A stretch of 64,000 bases of DNA. Source: Flectonema sp. DT1601. Its lineage: Eukaryota. The position numbers were made by a program, and so were the translations under genes. Numbering within the stretch: the first letter of the stretch is position 1; the number at the start of each line of letters is the position of its first letter. The stretch spans positions 186,001 to 250,000 of the forward strand of contig OZ025803.1 in the NCBI GenBank assembly GCA_964019425.1, read 5' to 3'. Of this stretch, positions 61,596-64,000 are shown one piece after another. The notes beneath the pieces were generated by a model. That model saw nothing but the letters and a program-made list of their open reading frames with translations. It had not been told where the DNA came from and did no database searches.

Positions 61596-62052
61596 ATTCT
61601 ATCTGACTTGCTTCTTTTTATATTTTGATATTCTGTTTTATTACAAAAACTCAAATTCAATCAGACTCTGTCGCCGTTCAACTTTCTAATATTTCTGATT
61701 ACGCATCCATTTTGTTATTTTTTTTTAAATTTTCTTCTTTTGTAAGAGTATTCTTTTATGAAATAAAAGAAAAAGAACAAAGAAGAAGATACTAACTGAA
61801 GACGTCAACGGTGATTACGACAATAGTTTGGTTTTGTAACAAAAAAAAAAAATAGATATTTGCTTCCAGCAGACAGCTGTGATGGGAGTGAAACTGTTTG
61901 TGGTTGCAGACCGAAGTTACTCAAGAACCTTACCGTTCCGTAGTCGTGATATTCAATTTGGTGTCCGACAGGCTTTGCAAACAGCTGAAACGGGGTTCGT
62001 GCTTTACCATCTGCCGTGGTGATCAATCCAGCAGCTGCTCTTTTTGTAATTA

Positions 62053-63792
62053 CCGTAATTATAAATATCATGGTGTATAAAAAGTCTCCAAATCAGCAAA
62101 AAATGGCCAAATCCACCATCTTTATTATATCCAAAGTTTTTTTAGTACAATCATTCACAGAAAACACTTAGCAAAATTCGGATTCCAGAAGAAAAAAAAA
62201 CTTTTTTTTTTGACCTTTTGCTTTTGACTTTGGTACTAAATTATCGACATTTTGAACTGGTTAAAGTTCTACAGGCTGGTCTTGTGTACCAACCTGGTGG
62301 GGGATTGATAACTATGCTTCCAGATACATATCAGGACAACATATCCACAAATAACGTTATTGGTAGCTGGTTGCACACCAGTCTTAATGAATGATGTCAA
62401 AATTCCTAAAAGCAGCAAGTAGTAGTCTAGACGAGGCCAACTACAACTAAGGAGTTCTTCTCCAATCGTTGTAATACACCGAGGTATGAGGTGCGGTATT
62501 AAGAAACATGAACTCATGTTCACAACTACAGACTTCAGGAGCTCGGGTGGATTTGCAGGATTGACAATACCTGCTTTTATAAAACCAGCCGTGATAGTAT
62601 TTTTCGTAATACTATCAAGGGCTGTCACTATCCACCCAATTTGCGACTTCGTTTTTGTGAGACCATTTTGACATGGGTTCGGATTCAGGAGATCCCTTTG
62701 GACCCTTCCCTTTCGCAGCGCGCTTTAAAGTTTCTATCAGCTTTTTGCTTTGATTTTTTCAACTTTTCCTCCCGCTTGCGCATCTGCTCTGTCATCCACT
62801 CACCAAGAAAGCTTGATGCTTCTTTGAAGTTGGCCATGACAGTTAGATCCAGCGGCCGGAGATGAGAAGTCCATCCGCCTTGCACCAGTATAACCGTGAT
62901 ATTGGCTTCTTCAAATCGACGAAGGACTTCTTCAGTTATCTGCCCCCTAAACTGGGCATATACTGCGAGGCCAGGGTGATCCGATTGGAGTGTTTTTTAG
63001 TTAGTTTAGATCCGATTGGAGCGTTTCTTAATAAAGTATGGGATTATTGCTCCAGAAACCTTGACCGAGCTGATAGGAGTTCTGCTTCAGGCTTTCGCAG
63101 TGGTTCCAAGACGGTATCCAACCCTTCCGTTCCAGGAACTTGTAAGTCCATGTTGCTTGTAGGGAACCGGAATCCACGCGTTCCGGCGTATCACCTGTGC
63201 TTGAAACCAGAGAAGAGAAGCAAACACAGAGCCACCATAGGCACGGATATTCTCAATTAAATCGAGCACCCGCTTCCTCATCAGTGGTTAAGATGGTTGG
63301 TCTCCCAGATTTCACCTGCCCTTCTAGTGGTTCTCCCTTTGTCTTCCTCTTTTGTTCCTCAACCAAGAGCTTCATTGCCCTGCCTGCACTGTTGATCTCT
63401 TCTTATGGTCCGTGTTGAAGTATGCAATCGCCCTTGACACATTGGTGGCAGAGTTCACCATCTCACCAACGTTAAGCAACTCCCCCCTTGACCACCTCTC
63501 ATAGCAGCGAGACGTTTGTGCTCTTTTACCCGCTCCTCTTTCTTTATCAAACCTAGCTCCACCTTGCTTACCGACGTCTTCAGGGGTTCAAAAGGATCCC
63601 GTTTTTTCAAAAAATTCCGCATAGTGTGAAAAATTTCATCCCCAAAAACTACCATTTTACAGTCAAAATGTGTACTTTCATACTTTTTTATAAAAATCCA
63701 CCAAGTTTTTTTTCCGAGAATCCACCATCTTTTTTATATCCAAAGTTGTTATACTCCAAATTTTTTATACACCGTGATATTTATAATTACAG
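62053..63792 (-). mobile_element. Degenerate pogo-like (Tc1/mariner superfamily) DNA transposon, 1.74 kb
   Basis: 31-bp TIRs (62053-62083 / 63762-63792, 2 mismatches) flanked by TA; minus-strand fragments GWTSHLRPLDLTVMANFK and ITKNTITAGFIKAGI typical of pogo DDE_1 transposases. Confidence 0.88.
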
Positions 63793-64000
63793 TATTACAA
63801 TCTGACAATCTAATTTGTTACGAAATCACTCCGTGGGTTTAAAAGTCGATTATCTTTTTATTTTATTTTTCAAACAATTCTGTTCCGTTTAGCCATCCTC
63901 TGGATTAGCTCAGTCGGTGACGTCCTCTCTAGATTTTGTTTTTGTTTCGTCGTCAGTTACTTTCCTGTTGCTGCCTGGAATATGGCTGTCAAACCTTTTT

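Noticed and set aside
63895..63930. tRNA-like segment TAGCTCAGTCGGT
   Set aside because: Resembles a D-arm/A box, but no anticodon arm, T-loop/B box or acceptor stem follows.

Overview
AT-rich eukaryotic nuclear DNA, most likely from a euglenozoan protist. A diplonemid is my inference, based on about 24 host genes all on the + strand (polycistron-like), short GT-AG introns, a glucokinase ending in PTS1, and a divergent multi-TM cyclase. Genes: L-type lectin with a Q/G/Y tail, PPP phosphatase, dynein light chain LC8, FCP1/NIF phosphatase, RING-CH ligase, carboxylesterase, VASt protein, a ~2,890-aa FN3 protein, a PUB/USP-like protein, PGAP1-like deacylase, glucokinase, F-box protein, CstF-77-like, IDH-fold protein, zinc-finger protein, NOP10, KOW protein, EGF+glycoside hydrolase, class III cyclase, beta-hydroxyacid dehydrogenase, GPI-type surface protein and Sel1 protein. 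Two degenerate TIR DNA transposons are present. Top observations: (1) the intronless glucokinase appears nested on the same strand inside a 2-kb intron of the PGAP1-like gene; (2) a 16-unit, ~189-bp tandem array built from the 5' end of the adjacent RING-CH gene; (3) cis-intron acceptors preceded by A/C-rich rather than pyrimidine tracts. All exon-intron models were read by eye and have no RNA support.
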